A DNA stretch of 64,000 nt, taken from positions 7,178 to 71,177 of the forward strand of contig JAOAHO010000008.1 in assembly GCA_026415195.1 (NCBI GenBank). Reading direction: 5' to 3'. Shown here piece after piece: positions 40,001 through 49,587 of the stretch (position 1 is the stretch's first letter; every line of letters starts with the position of its first letter). A program made the translations under genes and the position numbers. The notes under the pieces were generated by a model, which was given only the letters and a program-made list of their open reading frames with translations, was not told the DNA's origin and ran no database searches. The stretch comes from Bacteroidia bacterium (GTDB taxonomy: Bacteria > Bacteroidota > Bacteroidia > B-17B0 > Aurantibacillaceae).

Positions 40001-40892
40001 GGCTTGAAAATCCTGGAGATTCAAGATTCCAGGCAGCATTGTATCCTGAAACCGGAATTCCTGAACCGGAATATATGGAAAGCAAGCCAGCGTTAGCACC
40101 TCCACCTCCTCCAGCATTATGGGCACAACCTCCCCCACCACCATTTGCCATGGCCCCCCGTCCATACATGGAAGAATAAACTTTATAACGAGTGGTATCC
40201 CCACCAATGGATTCTCCCTTCATGCCACCTTGAATGTACAATAATGAACCATATTTATCACCTCCAAAAACACTGGCTGTTCCGGTTAATGAAAAGTTTA
40301 ATCGCAAACCGCCACGGAAACCCCTTCCGGTGGCATCAATAGATGGTGTAGCATTTAAGGTGCAATTACCCGCCACTTCTATCGCAACCACACCCCCAGT
40401 ACTGCCGTTCCACGCTGCAGGGACAATATTACCAGGACTTGAAACAATTAAAGAGGTATATCTCGGAATTTTAACTAATTGAACTTTAGCCAAATGGAGG
40501 TAATTTTTTGTTAAAGGGCAATCAAATACAACCGTGGTGTTATTTGGTAATTGGTTTATTTGATGTATTTCATAGTTTCCTGCATTGTTATAATTATTGA
40601 TTTGCCCATGTGTTGTGTTGGTTGGTATAGAACTGTTAAAATCAGGGAACAAACTGTCTTTACCTGCGTTTAAGAGTGCCCCTTGCATTTGAATAATCAT
40701 CACTAAATCTCCGACGGCAAGTCCTGCGTTCGATGCAACAGTGACGGAATTTGTCCCTGCCGATGCATTAGCAGTTACCACATAATAGGAATTTACTATA
40801 GTATTGGCAACCGTAATGTTACCGGCACCATCCTTACCTTTTTGAGACAACAATAATGTGGGGATAAAGATAAATAGCCTGATAAATTTCAT
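37095..40892 (-). CDS. Giant secreted adhesin-like protein: signal peptide, polyglycine-rich domain, 8 Cys-pair Ig-like repeats, PKD domain and type B T9SS C-terminal sorting domain
   Basis: 1265 aa. The C-terminus LTPDGDGKNDIFEI......EIYNRWGNLVY......WDG......SGTYFY is the gliding-motility-associated (type B) CTD. A PKD-like segment (F..NPTSGYPPLSVNFTN...W.FG...PG.Y.V.L.VTD..GC) precedes it. About 70-aa repeats span residues 520-1086. Poly-Gly runs occur in residues 250-470. Confidence 0.9.
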   Translation of the reverse strand: MKFIRLFIFIPTLLLSQKGKDGAGNITVANTIVNSYYVVTANASAGTNSVTVASNAGLAVGDLVMIIQMQGALLNAGKDSLFPDFNSSIPTNTTHGQINNYNNAGNYEIHQINQLPNNTTVVFDCPLTKNYLHLAKVQLVKIPRYTSLIVSSPGNIVPAAWNGSTGGVVAIEVAGNCTLNATPSIDATGRGFRGGLRLNFSLTGTASVFGGDKYGSLLYIQGGMKGESIGGDTTRYKVYSSMYGRGAMANGGGGGCAHNAGGGGGANAGLLSIYSGSGIPVSGYNAAWNLESPGFSSHVSSGGGRGGYSFSSNNQNPNTVGPNNGSWGGDQRRNMGGFGGRPLDYSIERLFLGGGGGAGHGNNAQASSGGNGGGIVFLIVDGNLSGSGTILSNGANAQNTTLGCSENDGAGGGGGGGCVVLKIGGSFSMSSATPVSVKGGNGGNVAFNCFIPNSQCYGPGAGGGGGFFGTNITTPITVDISGGANGVVTGNNNSIQQNFPPNGATQGGNGISTNTLSPMPVITTTNATVCVGSSASLTAQSGTNAIYWYNTLVGGTPIGNGTLFVTITFTSPGTYTYYAGSCPGIYRQPVTVSVIPAPTISVNSPTICPGQQATLTATGATSYTWSNSSNNQSIVVTPTSSSQYTVIGSVAGCISSAISTVIVSPVPTITVNSPTICSGNSATLIANGATNYTWNTSQTTSSIVVTPTALTVYTVIGASASGCTNVATATVSIFPTPTLALNNNVFNLCGNQSATIIAYSNYTNFLWSNSSTSSFIVVNSAGVYQVTVSSSCGSTVQSATVTTGASPTISIIPTSSLLCSGQQVTLTASNSGGTINWSTGTGGASIVINQSGIYTATITNACGTATAQVTINDGPSTSFNLISTSPTLCSGGQATLSATGSGSINWSNGSNNTPSIQINNPGVYTATLTNVCGTSVQQITISPGAAPDVSASASPTSICPNGTSTLTAFGNAPASYSWAGASGQHTLLVNSPGTYTAIAYNNCGVSMTTIQIIQQPAPSLTLIATPTVLCSGGQTTLMAIGVNGDNTFTWSNTNSNTSSINIVTAGTYTVTYGNICGSLSQSIQILQSNVNAAFSLNPTSGYPPLSVNFTNNSTSNSLNFWNFGNGSSSNLTNPPGQTYNTPGIYTVVLNVTDQYGCTSVASHTIEVLDIPFGIIPQLLTPDGDGKNDIFEIKGISKYPNNEIEIYNRWGNLVYHKKGYNNEWDGRPNTSSAMGKNLLPSGTYFYILKLNDNQNSIYKGFVHLVY

Positions 40893-40950
40893 TCTTGTAA
40901 TATTACGTAATAATTCCAGAAAAAGTAAACCATTTACTTACTTTTTTTAT

Positions 40951-40975
40951 AAAAAAACCGGCCCATGCTGGCCGG
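40951..40975 (-). terminator. Intrinsic terminator downstream of the 145-aa ORF
   Basis: The minus strand reads CCGGCC-AGCATG-GGCCGG followed by TTTTTTT, about 50 nt after the stop at 41026. Confidence 0.7.
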
Positions 40976-41025
40976 CAGGCATATCCTATTGTTTAACCCT
41001 CAACTATGACAATGGAATGCCTAAT

Positions 41026-41463
41026 TTAATTTAGTTGAATGGGAGGGATTTTTCCTTCTTTCATCAACTGAGCACATTTCTTTTTGTGCTCATCAAAATT
41101 TCCAAATGCCAATGCATCAAGCAAATCTTTTTTAGTCATATTGGGATTACCAAATTTTTTTCTTAATTCATTTTCGCAACGATTGACAAACCTCTCAAAT
41201 CTATCAGGCGACCATATATATTCCTTGTCTCTTCTGTCTGGTTTAATTCTAAACTCCTCAGGTAAATCTCCTTGAATTTTTGATTTTACTTCCAGTCCTT
41301 CAAAAACTTTAGGTAATTCTCTGTTATCAAAAATAAATGGCTTTGAAACCAAAATAACATGTTTTTTTCTTTTAGGATCAATCATGCTAAGGCCCTCAAT
41401 TTTCAGCCCCTTTTTAGTTAAATTTTTATATTTTTTTTCAAACTGACTAAGAATCTGATACAT
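41026..41463 (-). CDS. Hypothetical Lys-rich protein
   Basis: 145 aa with no signal peptide and no family recognised. It has its own terminator and a 229-bp AT-rich upstream region. Confidence 0.55.
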   Translation of the reverse strand: MYQILSQFEKKYKNLTKKGLKIEGLSMIDPKRKKHVILVSKPFIFDNRELPKVFEGLEVKSKIQGDLPEEFRIKPDRRDKEYIWSPDRFERFVNRCENELRKKFGNPNMTKKDLLDALAFGNFDEHKKKCAQLMKEGKIPPIQLN

Positions 41464-41651
41464 GATGCAAAGTTACTTTAAGAACAACTAATTATTTGTT
41501 AAATTAGATAAATTAAAACTTTACTTGTTAATTTTTTCGTTGATAAACACCTAATATTATGTTAAAATACTGTTAAAAAAGCCAAAGTTTATTTTAAAAA
41601 GTCAAGAAAATGAATAAAAAAATTTAAAATATAATTGAAAATACAGATTTA

Positions 41652-41683
41652 TTAAAAATTAGACGAAAACCAAATTGGTTTCG
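41652..41683 (-). terminator. Probable intrinsic terminator of the aconitase gene
   Basis: The minus strand reads CGAAACC-AATTT-GGTTTTCG (one bulge) followed by TCTAATTTTT, starting 10 nt after the stop. Confidence 0.5.
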
Positions 41684-41692
41684 ACTAAATTT

Positions 41693-43960
41693 TTACGCTT
41701 TCAGGCTTGCACGAATAATATTAAGAGCACCTCCTGCCTTGAACCATTCGATTTGCTGGTGATTATAGGAATGATTGGCTTTTATTTCATGCTTGGTTCC
41801 GTCACTGTGGTTTATTACAATAGTTAGTGGAATACCGGGAGTAAAGTTTTTTAATCCTATAACATCAAAAGTGTCATCTTCCCTGATTAAATCGTAATCT
41901 TCTTTATTGGCAAAGGTTAAAGCCAACATTCCTTGCTTTTTAAGGTTAGTTTCGTGAATTCTTGCAAATGATTTAACCAGTATGACCCTAACTCCCAAAT
42001 GTCTTGGCTCCATGGCTGCATGCTCACGTGATGAACCCTCTCCGTAGTTTTCATCACCCACTACAATGCTTCCTATGCCCTTGGACTTGTACATTCTTTG
42101 CACTTTGGGTACTTCCATGTATTCTCCTGTGAGTTGGTTTTTGACACAATTAGTTTTACCATTAAAATAATTAACAGCGCCAATCAAAAGATTATTGGAA
42201 ATATTGTCTAAGTGCCCACGATATTTTAGCCATGGACCGGCCATAGAGATATGATCGGTTGTACATTTTCCCTTAACTTTAATCAGAAGCTTCAGCCCGA
42301 TTAAATCAGTTCCTTCCCATGCCGGAAATGGATCAAGAAGTTGCAAACGATCAGAGTCGGGACGTACAATCACCTGTACATTGCTTCCGTCTTCCGCTGG
42401 TGCCTGATACCCTGCATCTTCTACACTAAATCCGTTGGGAGGCAGTTCGTAACCAACGGGAGGATCAAATTTTACTGGTACTCCATCCTCATTTAATACT
42501 GTATCTTTCATCGGATTAAATCCCAGATCACCGGTAATGGCCAAAACCGTAGTTAATTCAGGAGATGCAACAAAAGCATGAGTGTTGGGGTTGCCATCCT
42601 GGCGAGCCGCGAAATTCCGGTTAAAAGAATGAACGATAGTATTTTTTTCTTTTTTTTCAGCTCCAGCCCTATCCCACATACCAATGCAGGGCCCGCAGGC
42701 ATTCGAAAACACCTTCGCCCCGATTTTATTGAAAATATCAATCAAACCATCTTTTTCAATCGTATATCTTACTTGCTCGGAACCCGGAGTAATGGTAAAT
42801 TCTGCCTTAGGTTTAATTTTTTTCTCAATGGCTTGCCTGGCAAGGGATGCAGCCCTTGAAATATCTTCATAACTTGAATTTGTACATGAACCAATCAAGC
42901 CTGCTTTAACTTCCAAAGGCCATCCGTTTTTTTCAGCCATTTCACGCATTTTACTGATCGGTGTAGCCAAATCAGGCGTGAAAGGTCCGTTAATGTGTGG
43001 CTCCAATTCATCCAAATTTATCTCAATCACTTCGTCAAAATATTTTTCCGGTGACTGATAAACTTCCGGATCGGCTGTCAGATATGTATTAACGGAATTT
43101 GCTAAATCAGCCACATCGGATCTTTTGGTGGCACGCAAGTAGCGCTCCATGGATTCGTCGTAACCAAATGTTGAGGTGGTGGCCCCTACTTCTGCACCCA
43201 TGTTGCATATGGTTCCTTTACCTGTACAAGAGAGGGATTTGGCTCCCTCTCCGAAATATTCAATGATTTTATCCGTGCCGCCTTTTACCGTTAGAATACC
43301 GGCCACTTTTAATATTACATCCTTGGCAGAACACCAGGGATTCAACTTTCCTTTCAAATGGATGCCAATCAACTTCGGCCATTTCAGTTCCCATGGCAAA
43401 CCAGCCATAACATCACAAGCGTCCGCTCCGCCAACACCCACGGCAATCATACCCAAGCCGCCTGCATTAACGGTATGGCTGTCGGTTCCAATCATCATGC
43501 CGCCCGGAAAAGCGTAATTTTCTAATATCACCTGATGAATAATGCCCGCACCGGGTTTCCAAAATCCAATGCCATATTTGTTGGATACCGATGAAAGAAA
43601 ATCATACACTTCCTGGTTCGTTTTGATGGCACGTTCCAGATCGGGCTTATTATAATCTTTTGCAACTATCAGATGGTCGCAGTGGACTGTAGAGGGGACG
43701 GCGACTTTTTTCCTGCCTGCCTGCATAAATTGCAACAATGCCATTTGGGCCGTAGCGTCCTGCATGGCAACCCTGTCAGGGGCAAACAACACATAATCCT
43801 TGCCACGAACAAAATCTTTCATATCCTGCTCTTGATGCAGATGGGCATATAAAATTTTTTCGGCAAGGGTCAAGGGCCTTTTGAGTACTTTTTTTGTCTC
43901 ATCTACTTTGGCAGGCAAATTTGCATATACCCGCCTGATCATTTCTATGTCAAATGTCAT
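41693..43960 (-). CDS. acnA: Aconitate hydratase (mitochondrial-type, about 755 aa)
   Basis: The Fe-S ligand regions ([21 protein letters not shown]) and the C-terminal swivel domain are present. Confidence 0.92.
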   Translation of the reverse strand: MTFDIEMIRRVYANLPAKVDETKKVLKRPLTLAEKILYAHLHQEQDMKDFVRGKDYVLFAPDRVAMQDATAQMALLQFMQAGRKKVAVPSTVHCDHLIVAKDYNKPDLERAIKTNQEVYDFLSSVSNKYGIGFWKPGAGIIHQVILENYAFPGGMMIGTDSHTVNAGGLGMIAVGVGGADACDVMAGLPWELKWPKLIGIHLKGKLNPWCSAKDVILKVAGILTVKGGTDKIIEYFGEGAKSLSCTGKGTICNMGAEVGATTSTFGYDESMERYLRATKRSDVADLANSVNTYLTADPEVYQSPEKYFDEVIEINLDELEPHINGPFTPDLATPISKMREMAEKNGWPLEVKAGLIGSCTNSSYEDISRAASLARQAIEKKIKPKAEFTITPGSEQVRYTIEKDGLIDIFNKIGAKVFSNACGPCIGMWDRAGAEKKEKNTIVHSFNRNFAARQDGNPNTHAFVASPELTTVLAITGDLGFNPMKDTVLNEDGVPVKFDPPVGYELPPNGFSVEDAGYQAPAEDGSNVQVIVRPDSDRLQLLDPFPAWEGTDLIGLKLLIKVKGKCTTDHISMAGPWLKYRGHLDNISNNLLIGAVNYFNGKTNCVKNQLTGEYMEVPKVQRMYKSKGIGSIVVGDENYGEGSSREHAAMEPRHLGVRVILVKSFARIHETNLKKQGMLALTFANKEDYDLIREDDTFDVIGLKNFTPGIPLTIVINHSDGTKHEIKANHSYNHQQIEWFKAGGALNIIRASLKA

Positions 43961-43984
43961 AACAAGACGTATTTTTTAATTGAG

Positions 43985-43992
43985 CAAATTTA
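43985..43992 (-). promoter_or_regulatory. Candidate -7 promoter box TAAATTTG upstream of aconitase
   Basis: Exact TAnnTTTG match on the minus strand, 24 nt upstream of the ATG. Confidence 0.4.
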
Positions 43993-44026
43993 AGAGAAAG
44001 TGTATTAAAAGTCAAAAGGATTTTTT

Positions 44027-46603
44027 TCAAACAGATAGTCCGGCTTTTCTGAACCACCAATACACTCCACCGCCCACAACAGCAAACAACAACAACGATC
44101 CTGCCAGGGCGATGCGATTGGAAGTTTCATATGATTTAGGTTCAAATTTAAACTCCACCGTATGCTTACCTGCCGGAACTTCAAGTCCGCGCAAAATATA
44201 ATTGACCGGTACATGAGGACAGATTTTACCGTCGATATAAGCATTCCATCCATAAGGATAGTAAATCTCCGAAAACACAATAAACCCCTCTTCCTTTGCA
44301 TCCACTTCATAAACTGCTTCATTGGCTATATATTTTTTAATTGTAACGCGATTTTCGGAGGAATTAGAAAAATTTTTCTTTTTAATAATGCCGGCATGTT
44401 TGGATTGCGTGACGGCAATTTTCTTTAAATCTACCTTCCCAAGTGCCACGATTTCACTGTCGGCATTGGGCACTTCTTTAACTTCGGATACAAACCATGC
44501 AGGTCCGAAAGCCGAAGGATTTTTAACCAGAACAGGTTCCCTTGACTCCCGGCTGGCCAGCATTACATATTTGGTATTTAGCATATTCAGCACTTGCATG
44601 GGCCTGAATAATTCGGCATAGGCGCTGTCGGTATCACGAACGGAGTTAATCCCGCTGAAAATCATTCGAATCTCCCTGTCCAGGTGGAAGTCGATGATTT
44701 CCTGGTATTTTTTGGATTTGGCGCCGTGATATCCACCAATTGATTGATGAAAATAGGATGTAGAAGCATCATTGAATGTGCTTACGGAAAGGTTCAAAAC
44801 ACGCTTATGTAAAGCACTGTCGGAAAGGATTTGCCTGTCGGCCTCGGTTTGCATTCCCAACCGCTGTATCATTTGGCCTTTGGGCTGAAATGAATCTTTA
44901 TTAAGATAACGATAATCCACCGTCATCAGGTCAATCACGGTAATACTGATCAGCCCGCCCATCAGCCACATGGAAGTAAGCTTGCCTTTCATCCAAACAT
45001 AAATAAACAGAAATCCTAAGAAGGCAAAAAGCAAACTGCGTTTGGCATCAGACTTAACAATTTCGGCACGTGCTTTTTCCAACTCAGGCATTAACTGAGC
45101 AACAACGGTTTTCACCTGCTCTTCGGGATAGCCCGATTGCACAAACTCGCTGACCAACATCTTTTCTTCATCGGGCGCACTGAAATTTTGCCACAAACCA
45201 GGCACATATGCCACCGACAAAAGAAACATCATTACCAAAACTCCAAATCCTATGATAAATTTTTGAACGGGCAGATTTTTTCCCAAAAACCTGATGCTGA
45301 TTTTTAAAAATCCTTCACGCAACATTTCCTGTATGCCCAGCACGGCAAGTAAGGGTAAAGTAAGTTGAGGGATAACTAAGATCATACTTACGGCACGAAA
45401 CTTATTATACCCCGGAACATGATCGAGGAAGAAATTGGTAAGTGTTGGAAAATGTTTTCCCCAACTGAGCATAACGGCCAAAAGGGTAATGGCTGCCAGG
45501 GGATATTTTAGAGAATTTTTGGTCAGGAACAAAGCCAGTAAAGAAAGTAATACTACCCATACACCCAGGTAAACCGGCCCGCTGGTGAAGGGTTGCGGAC
45601 CAAAATAGGCAGTCATCATGCCCACTTGTTCCCTGAATTCCGGATTTACCTTTTTGACTGCATCGGAAAAAGTTTTGCTAATGGGCTTACTGGCACCTCC
45701 CTTGAAATCGGGAATTAAAAAAGTAAATGTTTCGTCAATTCCGTAGGACCATTGGGTGGCATAGTTTTTATCAAGTCCGGCAGTTTTATTTTTGTCTTTT
45801 TCGCCTTCGGGTGTAATGGTCAGTTCCGACTTTCCGCGAGTGCTCCATTGGCCATATTCATAAGTACACCACAGGTTACCGGCATTCGGAAGGATTCCTA
45901 AAACAGTGGCCAATACTGCCAGGGCAGTGGCGATTAGAAAAGATTTTATTTTTTTTTCCTTAATACTTTGAACTAAATAGAATACTCCGATGGTAACCAG
46001 GATCATATAGCCGTAATATGTAATTTGTACGTGATTGGCATGCAGTTCCAAAGCAGTAAAAAATGAAAACAATACAAAACCTGGAACATACTTGCCTCGA
46101 AAAAGCAAAATGAAACCTCCGATCATGGCCGGTAAATAACCCAATGCATTGGCTTTTGAATTATGGCCTGCTTCTATTATGATGATAAAATAACTTCCCA
46201 ACCCATAAGCCAATGATGCCCATAGAGCCACGGGCAAGGAGATTTCCAGACACAACATCAGGATGAAAAATCCAAGGAAATATAAAAAAACATATCCCGA
46301 AGGATGAGGCAGGAAAGCCTTAAATAAATAAAGGTCGAACCAGGAAAGTAAATTCCCTTTGTGAATGGTGGAAATTTGATATGCCGGCATGCCGGAAAAC
46401 ATGGCATTGGTCCATAATGGTTCTTTACCGTATTTTTCACGAAAGTCCATGATTTCCTTGCTCATGCCGCGGTGACGCTCCACATCGCCCTGATATAACT
46501 CTTTATTGTCCAAAAGCGGACGGAACATAAATAAAGTAATCCCGATGAACAATCCGAAGGCAATAAGCAATATTTTTTTATTTTCTTTTATAAATGATTT
46601 CAT
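44027..46603 (-). CDS. YfhO family polytopic membrane protein (GT-C-like glycosyltransferase)
   Basis: 858 aa. The N-terminus L.QGD...H.G...EI..FR...G..PLWTN.MFSGMPAYQIS is typical of Bacteroidota YfhO. It has many TM helices and a large C-terminal soluble domain. Confidence 0.8.
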   Translation of the reverse strand: MKSFIKENKKILLIAFGLFIGITLFMFRPLLDNKELYQGDVERHRGMSKEIMDFREKYGKEPLWTNAMFSGMPAYQISTIHKGNLLSWFDLYLFKAFLPHPSGYVFLYFLGFFILMLCLEISLPVALWASLAYGLGSYFIIIIEAGHNSKANALGYLPAMIGGFILLFRGKYVPGFVLFSFFTALELHANHVQITYYGYMILVTIGVFYLVQSIKEKKIKSFLIATALAVLATVLGILPNAGNLWCTYEYGQWSTRGKSELTITPEGEKDKNKTAGLDKNYATQWSYGIDETFTFLIPDFKGGASKPISKTFSDAVKKVNPEFREQVGMMTAYFGPQPFTSGPVYLGVWVVLLSLLALFLTKNSLKYPLAAITLLAVMLSWGKHFPTLTNFFLDHVPGYNKFRAVSMILVIPQLTLPLLAVLGIQEMLREGFLKISIRFLGKNLPVQKFIIGFGVLVMMFLLSVAYVPGLWQNFSAPDEEKMLVSEFVQSGYPEEQVKTVVAQLMPELEKARAEIVKSDAKRSLLFAFLGFLFIYVWMKGKLTSMWLMGGLISITVIDLMTVDYRYLNKDSFQPKGQMIQRLGMQTEADRQILSDSALHKRVLNLSVSTFNDASTSYFHQSIGGYHGAKSKKYQEIIDFHLDREIRMIFSGINSVRDTDSAYAELFRPMQVLNMLNTKYVMLASRESREPVLVKNPSAFGPAWFVSEVKEVPNADSEIVALGKVDLKKIAVTQSKHAGIIKKKNFSNSSENRVTIKKYIANEAVYEVDAKEEGFIVFSEIYYPYGWNAYIDGKICPHVPVNYILRGLEVPAGKHTVEFKFEPKSYETSNRIALAGSLLLFAVVGGGVYWWFRKAGLSV

Positions 46604-46605
46604 GG

Positions 46606-47349
46606 TTAAGACTTTTTGTACCCAAAAACCTTTTTGAGAATATCGGTAACACGGGCTTCCGGATTTTTCCTGATGGTCGTTTCTTCTTTGGCTATGAGTT
46701 TCATCAGTCCATTGATGGCCTGGGAGGCAGTATAATCTTCCAAATCAGGATTAACTTTCTTTACCCCTGGAATTTTGTTATAAATATTGGCTAATGGACT
46801 CCAATATGAAGTGAGTTTCACATCTTCAATGGCCTTCTTAACCACGGGAAGGAATTCGTTTTTTAATGGCTGGTAGGTGGTTTTGCGGAAATAATGTGTG
46901 GCAGTTGTATCGTTCCCTCTCAGAATATCCCAGCCGTCTCGGATAGACATAGAGGTGATGGCATTAATAAAAATTGGTGCTGCCTTTTTGGAAGCTTCTT
47001 CTGCAGCCCTGTTTAATGTGAGTTCAAATTCATTTACTTGCTTAGAAAAGCCCAGTTCCAATAATTTGGATTTCATTTCCTTCGCTTCATCCGGCCATGG
47101 AATGAATATTTCAGGATTTTTAAAAAAACCGTCGGTGGCCGAGGCTAGGGATGTTGCTTTTTGAGTTCCAACCTGTAAAGCCTCTTTTAACCCCTGAATG
47201 ACTTCGCTTTGTGTTAAGGTATCTTTTGAAGAAGCGGGAACTCCGGCAGTCAATATTTTACTAAGATGTTCGGAATGATGACAAGAAAAAATATTAAGGC
47301 AAATTATAGGGATAATTAATGAAAGAACTTTACCCAAAAATTTTTTCAT
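46606..47349 (-). CDS. DUF4197 family lipoprotein
   Basis: 247 aa. Family-typical blocks are present: GLKEALQVG, DGFFKNPEI.IP.P, LNRAAEEA, ILRG...ATHYF, INGLM..IA.EE..IR.NP.AR. Confidence 0.8.
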   Translation of the reverse strand: MKKFLGKVLSLIIPIICLNIFSCHHSEHLSKILTAGVPASSKDTLTQSEVIQGLKEALQVGTQKATSLASATDGFFKNPEIFIPWPDEAKEMKSKLLELGFSKQVNEFELTLNRAAEEASKKAAPIFINAITSMSIRDGWDILRGNDTTATHYFRKTTYQPLKNEFLPVVKKAIEDVKLTSYWSPLANIYNKIPGVKKVNPDLEDYTASQAINGLMKLIAKEETTIRKNPEARVTDILKKVFGYKKS

Positions 47350-48790
47350 TGTTTTTCTGTTTCAGGTCAAAAATAACGATTAGGCAAACAAAAGCCCAAA
47401 AAGGAAGGGATAATTTGTCGGTATCCAGAAAATTGTTGATAAATCCATGTATAAAATAAGAAAATAAGCCAAGAAAAATCCCGGCAAAAAAGACTTTATC
47501 GTCCGGATTTTTTTCATTATAAAAAATTTTGTAGCCATAGTAAGTGATCATGAACAGCATTACCAGCATAAATATTAATCCTAAGATACCTTGCTCCACC
47601 AAAGGGCCTAAATATTCAGAATGAGCATTACCATTAGTACCGAAATTGGTACTGATAATCGTTTTTTCTTTACTGAGCTGATAGGATGCGTAATTGAACA
47701 TATAGGTGCCAGGCCCCCAACCCAAAAAGGGCTTGTCGGCCCACATCCTGACGGCACACGACCAGCGGTTCAAACGTTCAAGGTTTGAGGCATCGGAACT
47801 GATATTGGAAATGGATTTTACGTTGTTCCAAAGGCCTTCCTCGGCATCGGTGGTATTTTTACCCGCCAGGTAAAGCAATTCTTCCTGAAATGCAAAAACA
47901 ACAATCAACACGCTAATAAATCCAAAAAGTAAGGGAAAAAACCTAATTCTGAGGAGCCATGTAATAAAAACCAGAAATGCAACCGCCAAACTCAACCACG
48001 CTGCCCTGGCGTAAGACAACACCAAAGCAAACAACATGAACACAAAAACAAAAACAAAAATCAAACGAACAAACGGGTTAAATTTCCTGAAAAAAATCAT
48101 GGCAAAAGCAAAAGGAAGAAAAATACCGAGTGCGGCACCATAGGCAGTATGATCATTATAAAAAGGAGACATGACCCAATCTGCTGATTTGTGATCAAAT
48201 CCATATGTGGCATGATGATATATGGTGTATATACAGACAACCAACAACGAAAGCAAATATGAAATAATAAAAGGCAAAATCATGCCCCTGTTTTTAAATA
48301 AATAAAAAACAATAAAATAACAAGATACTACAAACCAAAGACGTGCAATGAAAAATTTCACCGAAACGATGAAATCCACACTCGTCAGGGCTGTAATAAA
48401 AATCCATATCGTTTGAAGAATAATAAGTATGGTCATAGGGTGCCTTGAAAAATTTTTTTCAATATCAGACTTTCCAATAAAAGAGTGTATTAAATACATA
48501 AGGGTAAAGGCAGCCATGATGGGTTCCGACGGCAGGCTCAGGTTTGCTCCCTCGGTCAGATTCAGGTCTTTAAGGCTTATTGAAAGCGGAGTGATAAAAG
48601 AAAGAAAAAGCATCAAATATTCCCAGTGATAAATAAATACATAAGCCCCAATCAATAAAAAAGGCAATAACTGATAAGCATAAAAATAATCGCGTTTAAA
48701 TAAAAGTACATAAACATTCGAAATCAAATACAAGAATCCTATAAAATATATGTTTTTATTTTTATAATTATCCCACAATTTCTTTAACAC
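47330..48790 (-). CDS. O-antigen ligase / Wzy_C family polytopic membrane protein
   Basis: 486 aa with 10 or more TM helices. The SYARAAWLSL and NAHSEYLGPLVEQGILG motifs are typical of the family. Confidence 0.8.
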   Translation of the reverse strand: MLKKLWDNYKNKNIYFIGFLYLISNVYVLLFKRDYFYAYQLLPFLLIGAYVFIYHWEYLMLFLSFITPLSISLKDLNLTEGANLSLPSEPIMAAFTLMYLIHSFIGKSDIEKNFSRHPMTILIILQTIWIFITALTSVDFIVSVKFFIARLWFVVSCYFIVFYLFKNRGMILPFIISYLLSLLVVCIYTIYHHATYGFDHKSADWVMSPFYNDHTAYGAALGIFLPFAFAMIFFRKFNPFVRLIFVFVFVFMLFALVLSYARAAWLSLAVAFLVFITWLLRIRFFPLLFGFISVLIVVFAFQEELLYLAGKNTTDAEEGLWNNVKSISNISSDASNLERLNRWSCAVRMWADKPFLGWGPGTYMFNYASYQLSKEKTIISTNFGTNGNAHSEYLGPLVEQGILGLIFMLVMLFMITYYGYKIFYNEKNPDDKVFFAGIFLGLFSYFIHGFINNFLDTDKLSLPFWAFVCLIVIFDLKQKNNEKIFG

Positions 48791-48792
48791 TT

Positions 48793-49587
48793 TTAAAATT
48801 GATTTTGTCTAAATAGCAATAATCCAATATATAATACGGATAATGACATTCCCCCCAGGATACCCCATAATATCCGAATGGGATAAACTTTTTTATCATT
48901 CAGAGAGGGGCTCGATACTATGATCAGGAAATCTACTTCACCATAGAAATCTCCATAATTTCTGACTTGTTCTTCCGACATTTTTCTCATCCCCTTAGCA
49001 TAGGATTTGATTACTTGCTTTAAAACATAAGCATGGCTTTTATTTTTTAGACTGTCGGCCCCCTGATAAAGTGAGTCAAGCTTACTAGTAACCAAAGCCA
49101 TGCCTATATTAAAATTACTAATATAATTTTTGAGAATACTTTTTTTAATTCTTCTAATATACAAATTTGTTTCTTCAATGATACTCCGGTTCAATTCCCT
49201 GGCAAAAAAAGGATCTTTGTCCTTAACCGTTATTTCAATAGACTCATACATGGTAGGGCTGATTTTAATATGCTGGTTATAGTAATACTTGATAAGTGAT
49301 CTCCAGTTTTTATCATTTAATGAGTCTACTCCATATCGTTCGAACAATTGGTGCTTTCGTATAATGGTTTGCATTACGTCCTCACTAAGAAAATACTGAA
49401 GCAACTGTTCCGTATTCGATTCTTCTGAATTTGCAGATAAGTTTATGGGATAAACGGATGAAACTGACTTATACAATGGCGTTACCAAAAAACTTACGCC
49501 AAACATCACCATAAATCCTGCTAAAAAGACAATGATGATTTGCTTTGCATTTTTTTTCAACAACTGATAAAAAAAAACATTATTCAT
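48793..49587 (-). CDS. Wzz-like polysaccharide chain-length determinant protein (no kinase domain)
   Basis: 264 aa. It has an N-terminal TM helix followed by P.YKS...V.P, a coiled-coil middle and a C-terminal TM helix. Confidence 0.65.
   Translation of the reverse strand: MNNVFFYQLLKKNAKQIIIVFLAGFMVMFGVSFLVTPLYKSVSSVYPINLSANSEESNTEQLLQYFLSEDVMQTIIRKHQLFERYGVDSLNDKNWRSLIKYYYNQHIKISPTMYESIEITVKDKDPFFARELNRSIIEETNLYIRRIKKSILKNYISNFNIGMALVTSKLDSLYQGADSLKNKSHAYVLKQVIKSYAKGMRKMSEEQVRNYGDFYGEVDFLIIVSSPSLNDKKVYPIRILWGILGGMSLSVLYIGLLLFRQNQF

Noticed and set aside
39758-40207. Overlapping and antisense ORFs inside the adhesin Gly-rich region: 149 aa on the same (-) strand in a different frame, and Pro-rich 75-100 aa on the + strand.
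   Set aside because: They are artefacts of GGN-codon runs, which read as CCN (Pro) on the opposite strand. They lie fully inside a 1265-aa ORF with clear domain architecture.
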